A DNA stretch of 64,000 nt. It comes from Williopsis jadinii (Eukaryota). Shown here one piece after another: positions 54,806 to 64,000 of this stretch. The DNA is taken from positions 868,001 through 932,000 of the forward strand of contig AP024665.1 of assembly GCA_024346625.1 (NCBI GenBank), in the 5' to 3' direction. The position numbers and the translations under genes are program-made. The notes under the pieces were generated by a model. It searched no databases. It was not told the origin of the DNA and was given only the letters and a program-made list of their open reading frames with translations. Each line of letters opens with the position of its first letter. Position 1 is the stretch's first letter.

Positions 54806-56353
54806 ATGTCCACGGTGCGATTGGTTTTGCTCAACTTTGTCTCACTGTGCGCTAGCGCAGCGTCGTCTATTACAATCACCGCCAATGCGGTTGATACACA
54901 GCCCGCGGTGATCGTAACGGCATCGGACCACGCTTTACCAGCCTGGAAATTGGCGCTTTCAGTGGTTGGGTTCATATGGTGGCTGGTGATGATTCTGATA
55001 ACGTACTACGGTGTTGTGGAAATTGCGCTCAAGTTCAATTCTCCAAAATGTATACCCGAAGGCGTACGGGTCGAGAATGACATGTCGATACCAGACAACG
55101 AAGAGTTAGAAGGTGTGACGATCATCAGGCCCATCAAGGGCATCGACAGTGAAATGGAGCTGTGCTTGGAGAGTGCACTGCTACAGAGATATCCGAAGCA
55201 CAAGTTCCAAGTGCTCTTCTGCGTTGAATCCCCATCAGATCCGGGAATCCAGATCATTGAAGAGCTGATCTCAAAGTATAAAGATTCTGTTGATGTACAA
55301 CTGCTCATCGATCAGGACTACGAGTCGAACCATTCTGGCCCGAACCCGAAGATCAACAACTTGACAAAGGGATTTAAGAACGCCAAGTTTGACATAGTCT
55401 GGATTATAGACTCCAACGTGTGGGTCAGTCCAGGAACGCTTCTCAGATCAGTTTGCGCCTTGAAGAGATCAAATGATAATGGTCGAAGAACATCAAGACC
55501 AGTGAAACTGATACACCACGTTCCACTAGCCGTTTCCATCAAGAACGCATCATCGCTCAACCTGGGAGCAAAATTGGATGAGATGTTCCTACACACGTCT
55601 CATGCAAAGTTCTACGTCTTCTTTAACAAGGCATCGTTTGCACCTTGTGTCAATGGGAAATCCAACATGTACCGTATAAGTGATCTGGACAAAGCCGTCG
55701 AAGGCATTGCTCGTGGCAAAAACAAGATTATAAATAACAGTCCACGTATTGCCAAAGCCGCAGAGAGATACTGTGGTTCAAAAGGTGAAGGTATTAGGTT
55801 CTTTGCACGTTACATCGGTGAAGATAACATGATTGGAATTGCTCTCTGGGATTACGGAAGAACTGCCATGACAGGCGATGTTGTTGTCCAGCCAATCGGT
55901 GGAAGTGTTTCAAACACACTATTGGACTACGTGGATAGAAGGGTCCGTTGGCTAAGAGTCCGGAGATATATGGTTTTAGCTGCCACTCTCTTGGAGCCAA
56001 CTACAGAGAGTGTTCTTATAGGGGTATTTGGATCATTTGGAATCTCCAATCTGTGGTTTGAGGGAAACTACATGGTTTCCATATTCCTATTACATGAGAT
56101 CGTGTGGTGCATTGTAGATTGGAATCAATCGTCAATGTTGCATGAACACTCGAGCAAGGATAAGCTCAGCATATACGATCCTCCTTTCTTTCTAACGCAG
56201 GAAAGACAGCCTTTCATTCAGTGGCTCTTCATCTGGATCATTAGGGAAATACTGGCGTTACCCATCTGGATCATTGCCATGTGCGGCTCCCAGATTGACT
56301 GGAGAAACAGACCATTCCAGATTAATTCAGATTTGACTGCTGAAGAGTTATGA
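54806..56353 (+). CDS. GCS1: Ceramide glucosyltransferase (GT21)
   Basis: IIRPIKGID, GPNPKINNL, WIIDSNV, CVNGKSN, IGEDNMIG, RRVRWLRVR and LLEPTTE motifs. First ATG at 54806. Confidence 0.92.
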   Translation: MSTVRLVLLNFVSLCASAASSITITANAVDTQPAVIVTASDHALPAWKLALSVVGFIWWLVMILITYYGVVEIALKFNSPKCIPEGVRVENDMSIPDNEELEGVTIIRPIKGIDSEMELCLESALLQRYPKHKFQVLFCVESPSDPGIQIIEELISKYKDSVDVQLLIDQDYESNHSGPNPKINNLTKGFKNAKFDIVWIIDSNVWVSPGTLLRSVCALKRSNDNGRRTSRPVKLIHHVPLAVSIKNASSLNLGAKLDEMFLHTSHAKFYVFFNKASFAPCVNGKSNMYRISDLDKAVEGIARGKNKIINNSPRIAKAAERYCGSKGEGIRFFARYIGEDNMIGIALWDYGRTAMTGDVVVQPIGGSVSNTLLDYVDRRVRWLRVRRYMVLAATLLEPTTESVLIGVFGSFGISNLWFEGNYMVSIFLLHEIVWCIVDWNQSSMLHEHSSKDKLSIYDPPFFLTQERQPFIQWLFIWIIREILALPIWIIAMCGSQIDWRNRPFQINSDLTAEEL

Positions 56354-57559
56354 GAGTGCGAAATAGCTATGGTTCTCTTGAGTTGATCATAAATGATTGA
56401 ACGTGCACTTTCATTATATACTCCCCGTTATAGATATCAATGGTGTATGCTTTTTGGCTTCGTAGCAGAGATACAAGTATAACGAGGAATAGATGCGTGG
56501 CGTTGTCTGATCTTCCTCATTCTTTTACTTCTTCTAGCTCAGCAAGGATTTTGAAGTGACGTATTTCGATGTATGCCCTTTTGTAAATCGCCTTAAAATA
56601 CGACTTGTCAGTTCAATATAGCTGTAATATGCTGTGACTTCGGTCAACTGCGATAAATTACCACCAATGTCGATCAAAGCACTGTCCAAAGTGTGTAATC
56701 TTGAGTAAAGCTGCATAGGGACTAGTCTCAGCGTCACGGTCAATGGAAGGCTTCAGGCCTAATCATAGGTATTATGCGTATGTGATGCGTAGAACATGGC
56801 AGTTTAAAAATAATTTCGTTTCAAAATTAACCATATGTGATGCACCCTTATGATAGATCTTGTTGATAAATGAGCAATACGGGACGAAGGACTATCTGGT
56901 ACATCCGTTCCTAGACAAGGAGAGTAGATCAATTATAGTAGTAGGTGTGAGTAATCACACCACCGATTATATTGAAACTATCACCGCATTTAGTAACGAG
57001 TATAGACGGAATGCCTTCTTCGTACAGCTAATGGATCCTTAACTTCGAGTTTGGAGGTCATGACTTTTCATGAGCGATATGAACAGTGGATCGAGTTCTC
57101 GAGAGACAAGGCACATGTAACCAATCAATGATCTATGCCTATGCAGTGTTCATTAGGAGGTGAGCATATGTATCTGGAAATCGGCAGAAAAGCACATCAA
57201 CAAATCACAGTATCCACTGTCCATGCCATATTGATATCTCGTATGTCAAGTGTATGTGCTTTAAATAAAAACAGCATGTCCCTTCTAGACTCACTTGAAT
57301 CCTGAAGCCTAGCCTCAGATGCCGAAGGCAGAGTAATTACGATGGAGTAATTCGAGTGAGGTTGGAGATACGAAATCGTCTTTGTCACTTCTGGCACTCT
57401 CAACACATGTACGGTGTATGTATGCAGTGATCATCAGCCAAGGTTTCATGATATTAACGTTCAACAAGGGTGGGAGAGAGGTTGGAAAACACAGAGTAGG
57501 GCAGAACTCTTTTCAGTTTGGCACATTGGTATCAAGTTATTGCCAAAACTTCTCTGAAC

Positions 57560-57967
57560 TTACGGGATTGGCTCCATCAATGAAGGATCGTTGCCGTAGA
57601 GTTCATTCCATCTCTTCAGACCGCCTTGTAAGAGGTAAATGTTCGGAAGTTTTGTCAAGTCATCCCTTGCTTCTGTATTCAACAGTAAGTACCTTATCAG
57701 TTTGCGCGCACATCTTGGTCCGCGTATCTGGCTTCTCATACAGTGAATGACAAAGGTATTAACCCTTGGAGTGTATTCACTGATGATCTTTGGGATGTTT
57801 GAATCAAACTCATTCGAGGGAATGTTTATCGATCCCCTGACACATCCATATCTGTAATCAGGGCCTCTCACGTCAATCACTAGGAAGCCGTCTTTACCAG
57901 AATGGATCCAACTGGCGAGCGTTCTTGGCTCTAGCGGCTTTATCAGAGTCTTGTACACGTTATCCAT
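57560..57967 (-). CDS. Cdc25/Acr2-type rhodanese phosphatase (Ych1/Ibp1-like)
   Basis: VIDVRGPDY..G.VRGSINIP, active-site HCMRSQIRGP (HCX5R) and LQGG..W motifs. ATG at 57967. Confidence 0.85.
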   Translation of the reverse strand: MDNVYKTLIKPLEPRTLASWIHSGKDGFLVIDVRGPDYRYGCVRGSINIPSNEFDSNIPKIISEYTPRVNTFVIHCMRSQIRGPRCARKLIRYLLLNTEARDDLTKLPNIYLLQGGLKRWNELYGNDPSLMEPIP

Positions 57968-58225
57968 ATGTTCCGTAGAGCCCAAATGGTGGGAAATCTT
58001 ACACCAATTACCTATATAGGCTAATCTTAATAACCAGAGCGTATTGCACACAAGCGGTGATCAACAGCAGCAAAACAGCTGACTCGGAATCACAGTCTCC
58101 CACAACTATGGCACAAGCGCTGTCTATGGCGCCCCGTTCTATCTGATATCTCCTTTCAATAAAAGGCATTTTCAGCATGTAAACACCGAACTCGAAACAC
58201 AGCAACACACACCGTTATCATGTTT

Positions 58226-58280
58226 CGGCTCATCACGGTGCGGCCCGTACCAGCATATACAACTGCGCGGGACGGGCCGG
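58226..58280. promoter_or_regulatory. Aro80-type CGG-N7-CGG direct repeats upstream of ARO10
   Basis: CGG-N7-CGG at 58226-58238 and 58268-58280. Confidence 0.45.
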
Positions 58281-58737
58281 AAAAGGACAACAACACGATC
58301 GTGCCTTTTCAGAACCCATCAATAACCGAGATCCCCGTCTTTGTGTCAAACTTCTCGAGCGCGTCGGGTTGAGCCACAGAGTTTTTTTCCTACAGTTCTT
58401 AAGCACACAAAGACAAAGGGCCTTCTCCCAACGGGACGAAGATCAAATGTTGAACGGCGTTCCTGTGCAGACTAAGCGAGAAGCTTTTAGTGTCCTCGGT
58501 TAACGGTGGCATTCCCGCAATTTCTGTGGTAGTCAAGGGCAAATTTCGGTCACACAAGGTCATCGATCAACGACATTCTTCGCTATCAACTGTGTATATG
58601 CACGCGTGTGTTTGAGGTGTAGCGCTTTGGGTGAAGAGAGTACACACAAAAGTATTTAAACAGTAGAAGAGCGCCACCTTTTGTTAGTTTGAGGTGGTGA
58701 GTTTGTCTCTGAATAAAGATCTCATATTCGAACATCA

Positions 58738-60552
58738 ATGGCTCCTATTGCGCAAACCGTGCCGACTACAGCGGGATCTCCTCTGACTGAATCCTCTACT
58801 CTCCCATTTGGAGAATACCTCTTCCGCCGTCTACACCAGGTTCATAAAGTGAAATCAATCTTTGGTGTTCCTGGTGACTTCAACCTCTCCCTGTTGGAGC
58901 ACTTGTACAAGACTGATTTGGAATGGATTGGAGGTTGTAACGAGCTGAACGCTGGCTATACAGCAGATGGTTACTCGCGTTATAACAACTCCCTTGGTGT
59001 TGTGATTACAACTTATGGTGTTGGTGAACTCAGTTGCATCAATGCAATTGCTGGCGCATTTGCAGAGAATGTTAAAGTCCTTCATATAGTTGGATTACCG
59101 AGTAGAATGGCCATATTTGATGAGCAGGAGAAGAAGAAACACTTGCACCATTTGGTGAACAACATTGATCCGTTTGCTGACAGTGATAGATTCGTTTACA
59201 CCAAGATGGTTGAAGATATCACATGCGTATCTGAGATTGTGACAGATGCAACAACAGCAGCTGATCAAGTTGACCACGTCATCAAAGAAATCTTCAAAAC
59301 GTCAAGACCTGGTGTCATTTTCTTGCCGGTGGACATAAGCGATGTTCCAGTGGAGGCCTCAAGGTTAACTCTGGACCCTGCTGACCGCTTCCATATAGTT
59401 CAAGATCAAGAGCCAGCGTTGACTAATAAGCTTGCCAAAGTTATCTTGGAGAAGCTTTACAAATCAACAAATCCAGCGATTTTGGCGGATGTTCTAGTAT
59501 CAAGATACCATGACGGTGTTCCTCTCTTAAGGGAGTTTGTTGACAGGGCAAACGTTCACAGTTACACAACATTTATGGGGAAATCCATCTTGGATGAATG
59601 TCATCCAACGTTTGTGGGTGATTACATTGGATTGGAATCCAATAAGGGTGTTAAGGAAAACCTTGAAGACTCTGACCTTGTCCTCTTCTTCGGGCCACAT
59701 TTGAATGAAATCAACACTGGTCATTATTCCTTTGATCTTCAAGAGGGACAGTTGATCATGCTTCATTCTGATTACATAAAAATTGGCTCTGAGGTATTCC
59801 GTGGTGTTAATTTTGTCAATGTCTTGAGACAAATGTTGGACATCGTCGATGTGTCGAAGGTTCCAAGTCCTAGACCTGTTCCATTCGAAGTTTCTCCACG
59901 TTATCCTCACATCCCATCAAGCGCATCTATATCACAGTCTGTATTACTCAAAAAATTTGAATCGTTCTTACGTACAGGTGATGTTGTTGTGTGTGAAACT
60001 GGCTCATTCATGTTTGGAATTCCTGACTTCCGTTTCAAGACAGATGTCACATATATTGCACAAGGCTTCTACCTTTCGATCGGAATGGCTTTACCATGTT
60101 CTGTTGGTGTGGGTATTGCCCTCAGAGACGAAGGTTCAGGTAGAAGATTGATCCTTGTTGAAGGTGATGGATCTGCACAGATGACCATCCAAGAGATATC
60201 TGCATTCCCGCACTATGGCTTAACACCAATCATCTTTTTGTTGAACAACTCTGGCTACACCGTGGAGAGAATCATCTTGGGAGAGGAAAGAACTTATAAT
60301 GATATCAAACCATGGAATTGGAGCAAGGTATTTGAACTCTTTGAATTTGGTAATCAGGGCCATTGTATTTCAAAGACAATACATAATGAAGATGAGTTGG
60401 AAAGAGCAATGTGTGAGATTGATTCGAACACAAGCAACTTACAATTCTTCGAAGTGATATTAGACAAGTTGGATTGCCCATGGAGATTTCATCACATGAA
60501 TAACTACAGACTCTTCCCATTGGAGAAGAAGATTGGTCTCACACTTAATTAA
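58738..60552 (+). CDS. ARO10: Phenylpyruvate / 2-oxo-acid decarboxylase Aro10
   Basis: IFGVPGDFNLSLLEHLY, NELNAGYTADGYSR, TTYGVGELS, YLSIGMALP and TPP motif EGDGSAQMT; synteny with SDH6 and YRA1. Confidence 0.93.
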   Translation: MAPIAQTVPTTAGSPLTESSTLPFGEYLFRRLHQVHKVKSIFGVPGDFNLSLLEHLYKTDLEWIGGCNELNAGYTADGYSRYNNSLGVVITTYGVGELSCINAIAGAFAENVKVLHIVGLPSRMAIFDEQEKKKHLHHLVNNIDPFADSDRFVYTKMVEDITCVSEIVTDATTAADQVDHVIKEIFKTSRPGVIFLPVDISDVPVEASRLTLDPADRFHIVQDQEPALTNKLAKVILEKLYKSTNPAILADVLVSRYHDGVPLLREFVDRANVHSYTTFMGKSILDECHPTFVGDYIGLESNKGVKENLEDSDLVLFFGPHLNEINTGHYSFDLQEGQLIMLHSDYIKIGSEVFRGVNFVNVLRQMLDIVDVSKVPSPRPVPFEVSPRYPHIPSSASISQSVLLKKFESFLRTGDVVVCETGSFMFGIPDFRFKTDVTYIAQGFYLSIGMALPCSVGVGIALRDEGSGRRLILVEGDGSAQMTIQEISAFPHYGLTPIIFLLNNSGYTVERIILGEERTYNDIKPWNWSKVFELFEFGNQGHCISKTIHNEDELERAMCEIDSNTSNLQFFEVILDKLDCPWRFHHMNNYRLFPLEKKIGLTLN

Positions 60553-60574
60553 ACCAGTTATTAGTTGTCAAAAT

Positions 60575-62452
60575 TCACGGTTGTTTAAGTTTTTCCTCTA
60601 GTAGAATCCTTACAAATGGGTTCAAACGATGCTCTAAAATGATTGTCAAAGAACTTTTCTTCAATGTCTGGTAAAGCTTTAGAATGCGACTTTGCAGTGC
60701 TTGATTTTGAATCATTATTGGTTTAAACAATAAGCTTAACAAATTCTTATCCGTTCCAAAATGTTTGCTCATGTCAAATAGCAAGTCATGAGGAGATTCG
60801 ACAAAACATGGAAAGATTTCACACATGTAGAGAAACATCTCCAATCGTCCCTTTATAGCACTTGTGACAAACTCAGTGAAGAATGAATAAAAGTATGAAT
60901 ATTGTGAAATTGCCTCTTCGCTGCAGTCATTTGACTGTATATGCTTAACGAATTGATTCAAAATGTCCAAAAGTCTTGTTGTCTTAAAGTCAAAAAACTC
61001 ATCGAAAATGACAATGTTCTTATTCCTTGTCAGATAGTAGTCTCTCAAGTTCAATTCGTTCTGCTCCGTTTCATTTCTTGCAAGGATTTTGAGTATTTCC
61101 CATATATTGAATCTTTGAAGAGAGATCCTTACTGTGTTGTAGTCATGCTTCTCTAGCAGCAATTTTTGGATCAATTCCATGAAATCTCCTGTCTTTGGGA
61201 ATGCAACTGGATGAATATCTAAGGAACCAGAGAGGGTGATTTCGGAAGAGTCCAAATTGTAAAAAAAGTCAAAAAAGTTGTCATAATCTTTCAAGATGAT
61301 GTTATTAGTTCCAATTATTTTTGTGTTCTTTGTATGCTCGTTGAACTTCAATAGCTCTTCCCAGTTGACAAGTTCTATCAAGGGAAAGTATAAGATCTTG
61401 TCGTTGTGGAAGTACGACTTATCAAACCCATTGAGGAAGTTTGATAATGTCAATATGAACGAGGTGAGAACATCTGAGCTCTGATTGGAGTATATGACAA
61501 TGTAGAAGTTCTTGTAATCCACCTTGTTGAGATGTGAAGATAGTATGTACAGGAATTTGAGGATATGGCTTGAGACGTTCAGGTCAGTGATTATATCTGA
61601 AGGATGTTTGGTGAGATCAAAATTGAAAGGGATTTTTGCCAAAATCGAATCTTGAGGCGATAGGCTGGTAACGTCATAAGAGGAGAAGAATTGAAGCACA
61701 CCATTCTTGTATTTAGCCTTCGGAATACTTGACGACTCTTCTTTGAGATTTTTGAAACACGACAGTATGATTGTGTTGTTGAATTCGTAATTCAAGGCAA
61801 GTACATTGTGAAGGTGTGCATTACAACCCATATAGTTATTCCACAAAGAGATGTCAGTGGAATTGACAATGTTGAAGAGAGCCGTAAGGTGAGATAGCTG
61901 TGGATCAAGTATATATGATTGGACTGTAGCTGTTATAAGATGCTTAAAAAGGAAGAAATTTCTCAGTGGTGTTCCTATCGCAATCGACCTTATGGCTCTT
62001 CCCCTTTCGTTCTCACTTGACTCGACAGAATGCGTAATGTTGAAGAAAAAGAGCATGTCATCGTCATGCGATACCGGTTCATAGATAGTGTTTATTGACC
62101 CCAGTTGCAGATTGTCCAATCTCAGGCTAGCCTCCTCAACCATATCCTTCTCACTGTCGGGGAGCAATCTGTAGACGTTGGACGAATCCTTGTAGAGAAC
62201 AAACACAGAGTACGAGTACTCGACATGCTCACTGCTTGAAGGAATCATCAGCTCCGCCAGAGAGCCCAGTTGATCCTTGAACCCGGGTATCTTCCGAGGT
62301 ATCTGGTGCTTAACCACAGCTCCAATACGGTTGTCAAACTCTGCACCTAAGACATATTTTGCGATGGGACTCTGGCTGACACATGTGAGCCGGTTCCTTA
62401 TCTCGGGCGATAACGCTCGAGATTGCCGGTAATGGGACGTCCTCGAGCTCAT
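60575..62452 (-). CDS. AFI1: Arf3-interacting protein Afi1 (DENN-like)
   Basis: YVLGAEFDNRIGAVVKHQIP..IPGF...LAELMIP and RGRAIRSIAIGT motifs. First ATG at 62452. AFI1 neighbours RGA1 in S. cerevisiae. Confidence 0.8.
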   Translation of the reverse strand: MSSRTSHYRQSRALSPEIRNRLTCVSQSPIAKYVLGAEFDNRIGAVVKHQIPRKIPGFKDQLGSLAELMIPSSSEHVEYSYSVFVLYKDSSNVYRLLPDSEKDMVEEASLRLDNLQLGSINTIYEPVSHDDDMLFFFNITHSVESSENERGRAIRSIAIGTPLRNFFLFKHLITATVQSYILDPQLSHLTALFNIVNSTDISLWNNYMGCNAHLHNVLALNYEFNNTIILSCFKNLKEESSSIPKAKYKNGVLQFFSSYDVTSLSPQDSILAKIPFNFDLTKHPSDIITDLNVSSHILKFLYILSSHLNKVDYKNFYIVIYSNQSSDVLTSFILTLSNFLNGFDKSYFHNDKILYFPLIELVNWEELLKFNEHTKNTKIIGTNNIILKDYDNFFDFFYNLDSSEITLSGSLDIHPVAFPKTGDFMELIQKLLLEKHDYNTVRISLQRFNIWEILKILARNETEQNELNLRDYYLTRNKNIVIFDEFFDFKTTRLLDILNQFVKHIQSNDCSEEAISQYSYFYSFFTEFVTSAIKGRLEMFLYMCEIFPCFVESPHDLLFDMSKHFGTDKNLLSLLFKPIMIQNQALQSRILKLYQTLKKSSLTIILEHRLNPFVRILLEEKLKQP

Positions 62453-62803
62453 ATCATATGCTTTAACCAACACACCACGTATACTTCGAACAAACGGCTA
62501 CTTGCTCCTGTTTTATTTCCACTATTATGGGCCTGCTCCCATGTCAACTTTCCCAGTCGTACGGTGCTTCTCTGTGTGGTAGCGCTCAAAATTCAAGGCG
62601 GTAAGAAAGATTACCCGGCCTTTGTATTGGAGAGGCAAAAAATACGAAAAGAACCATAGAAACAAAACACCAAAAAAGGCCCGCATCCCACCCCCCGTTG
62701 ATGGATCTCAATATTTTTACCCGCCACCTGTCCTTTTTTTCACACCAACAGAACACCAACAACAATCAACAAATAAACAAACAGCAAGCGGATAACAAAA
62801 ACG

Positions 62804-63055
62804 ATGTCTTCAGCCCTCGATCAATCTCTCGATGAAATCATTGCTTCTAAGCCAAAGAACTCCGGCGCAAGAAAGCCTCGTGCTCCTAAGGCCAAAGTGA
62901 CCAAGGCGGTTCAACAACCAAAGAAGGCAACTTCAAAGGCTGCCAAAGCTGCTAAGGGAGCCACACCAGTTGCTCCAGACGTTTTGTTTGCGTCTTATGC
63001 TACAAAGGTTGTTGTGTATGGTCTTCCAAAGGATATCAAGCAAGACGCTATCAAG
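62804..63055 (+). CDS. YRA1: mRNA export adaptor Yra1, exon 1 (gene continues beyond the window)
   Basis: MSSALDQSLDEII REF-N motif and start of the RRM (VVVYGLPKDIKQDAIK), followed by a GTATGT donor at 63056. Confidence 0.93.
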
Positions 63056-64000
63056 GTATGTTTTAGTGTGTGAAGGAGATGGGACGTTTCACGCTGTGTG
63101 TGGGGGGAGAGAAAAGGAATATTGATGAAGTAGTTGATAGTTTTATTGTAAAAATGTTGACCACGATGAACACCTTCATGAATTTGGAATGAAAATGCAT
63201 GTTTCTGAATGCCTGAAACATTGCGCCAAAGAAAGAAAAAAAATTTAACAACTGAAGCTGAGTCTTGACAATTAGGATGGGTTTTGTATGGTGGAAGGGG
63301 TGAATAAGCCTCTTATCTGCTTGAACTGTATTTCCAATTGAAGTACTCGATGAGCTGTGTGTGTTTTTTTCTTCTTCTTTAATATCGTCTGAGAGATTCC
63401 CCAGAGGAAGTTTATCTCTCCGGACGTATATTTCTGTCTTTTTTTTTTACTACAGTATCCAGTGCACTCTTCTACTTGTTTCCGTGGTCTGTATACATGG
63501 ATTTTGCACTATGGTGAAATGTTTGAATGCAATCGTGTATGTTGAACATTGTCAACAAAAGAGTGGATCTTATAAATACAGATCGTATACCATTCACCTT
63601 AACAAGAGACGTGAATTGTCTGACTGTTTGTTAGTGTGGTGCTCATTGGCTGGATTCCAATGTGTGGTTAGGATCGCAGAAAATTTAAAGATTCATCTGG
63701 ATACTTAAAGAGTCTTTACATGGTGATCTCTTCAGTGTTTTGTTATACTTAATATTGGTTTTTTTTTCTACAAAAAAATCTTTATAAGTTTTGAGGGCTG
63801 AAGAATCAATGAAGAGAATGAACCATAAAGACTCACCTACTTCTTATCACTGATATCATTGCTGATAAACTGATTCAAAGCTTTTACTGATGTATGCGCT
63901 AGCACTGGAGGCACGGGTAAACGACCGTCATGACTACCTTATTTTCTTCAATTCATTTCAAGTGTGTGGTGCTACTCTACCTTGAGGCTATCAATTTCAT
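63056..64000 (+). other. Large YRA1 intron (at least 945 nt; 3' end outside the window)
   Basis: GTATGT donor at the conserved RRM position. I found no CTAAC branch point or RRM continuation before the window end. Confidence 0.8.

Noticed and set aside
275..63708. Numerous 60-200 aa ORFs overlapping real genes or starting at TTG/GTG in intergenic DNA
   Set aside because: They are antisense or alternate-frame shadows or low-complexity products with no recognisable motifs.

Overview
Gene-dense nuclear DNA from a budding yeast (Saccharomycotina). CTG appears to encode Leu (e.g. the conserved IGLMLM motif of Oma1 uses CTG codons), so it is not a CUG-Ser clade yeast. The many short introns with mixed GTATGT/GTAAGT/GTGAGT donors suggest a Phaffomycetales-type lineage such as Cyberlindnera or Wickerhamomyces (inference). 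About 33 protein genes can be supported, mostly recognisable orthologues in shuffled ancestral synteny blocks: SKG1, COA1, DIA2, RTS2, OMA1, BAS1, BST1, STE2, a YKR075C/YOR062C-like gene, RPL3, MSA1, AIM29, SLD7, CKA2, PXL1, TGL4/5, TVP38, ARO2, VPS71, ARH1, ATP17, LSM6, RGA1/2, SDH6, GCS1, a YCH1-like gene, ARO10, AFI1 and YRA1 exon 1. Reading the DNA directly recovered 11 introns in 8 genes, including two small genes missing from the ORF track (a DUF1748/YIL156W-B-like gene and SDH6). The most novel element is a two-gene insertion between MSA1 and AIM29. It holds a highly divergent SUMO-like protein with an intact di-glycine and cleavable tail, next to a 465-aa protein with a SIM-like motif and two apparent SUMO-like domains. 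Other non-S. cerevisiae content includes a secreted nucleoside-hydrolase-like protein and a TYSND1/DEG15-like trypsin protease. I recognised no tRNA, rRNA, CRISPR array or intact transposon. All homology calls are from recognition of motifs, not database searches.
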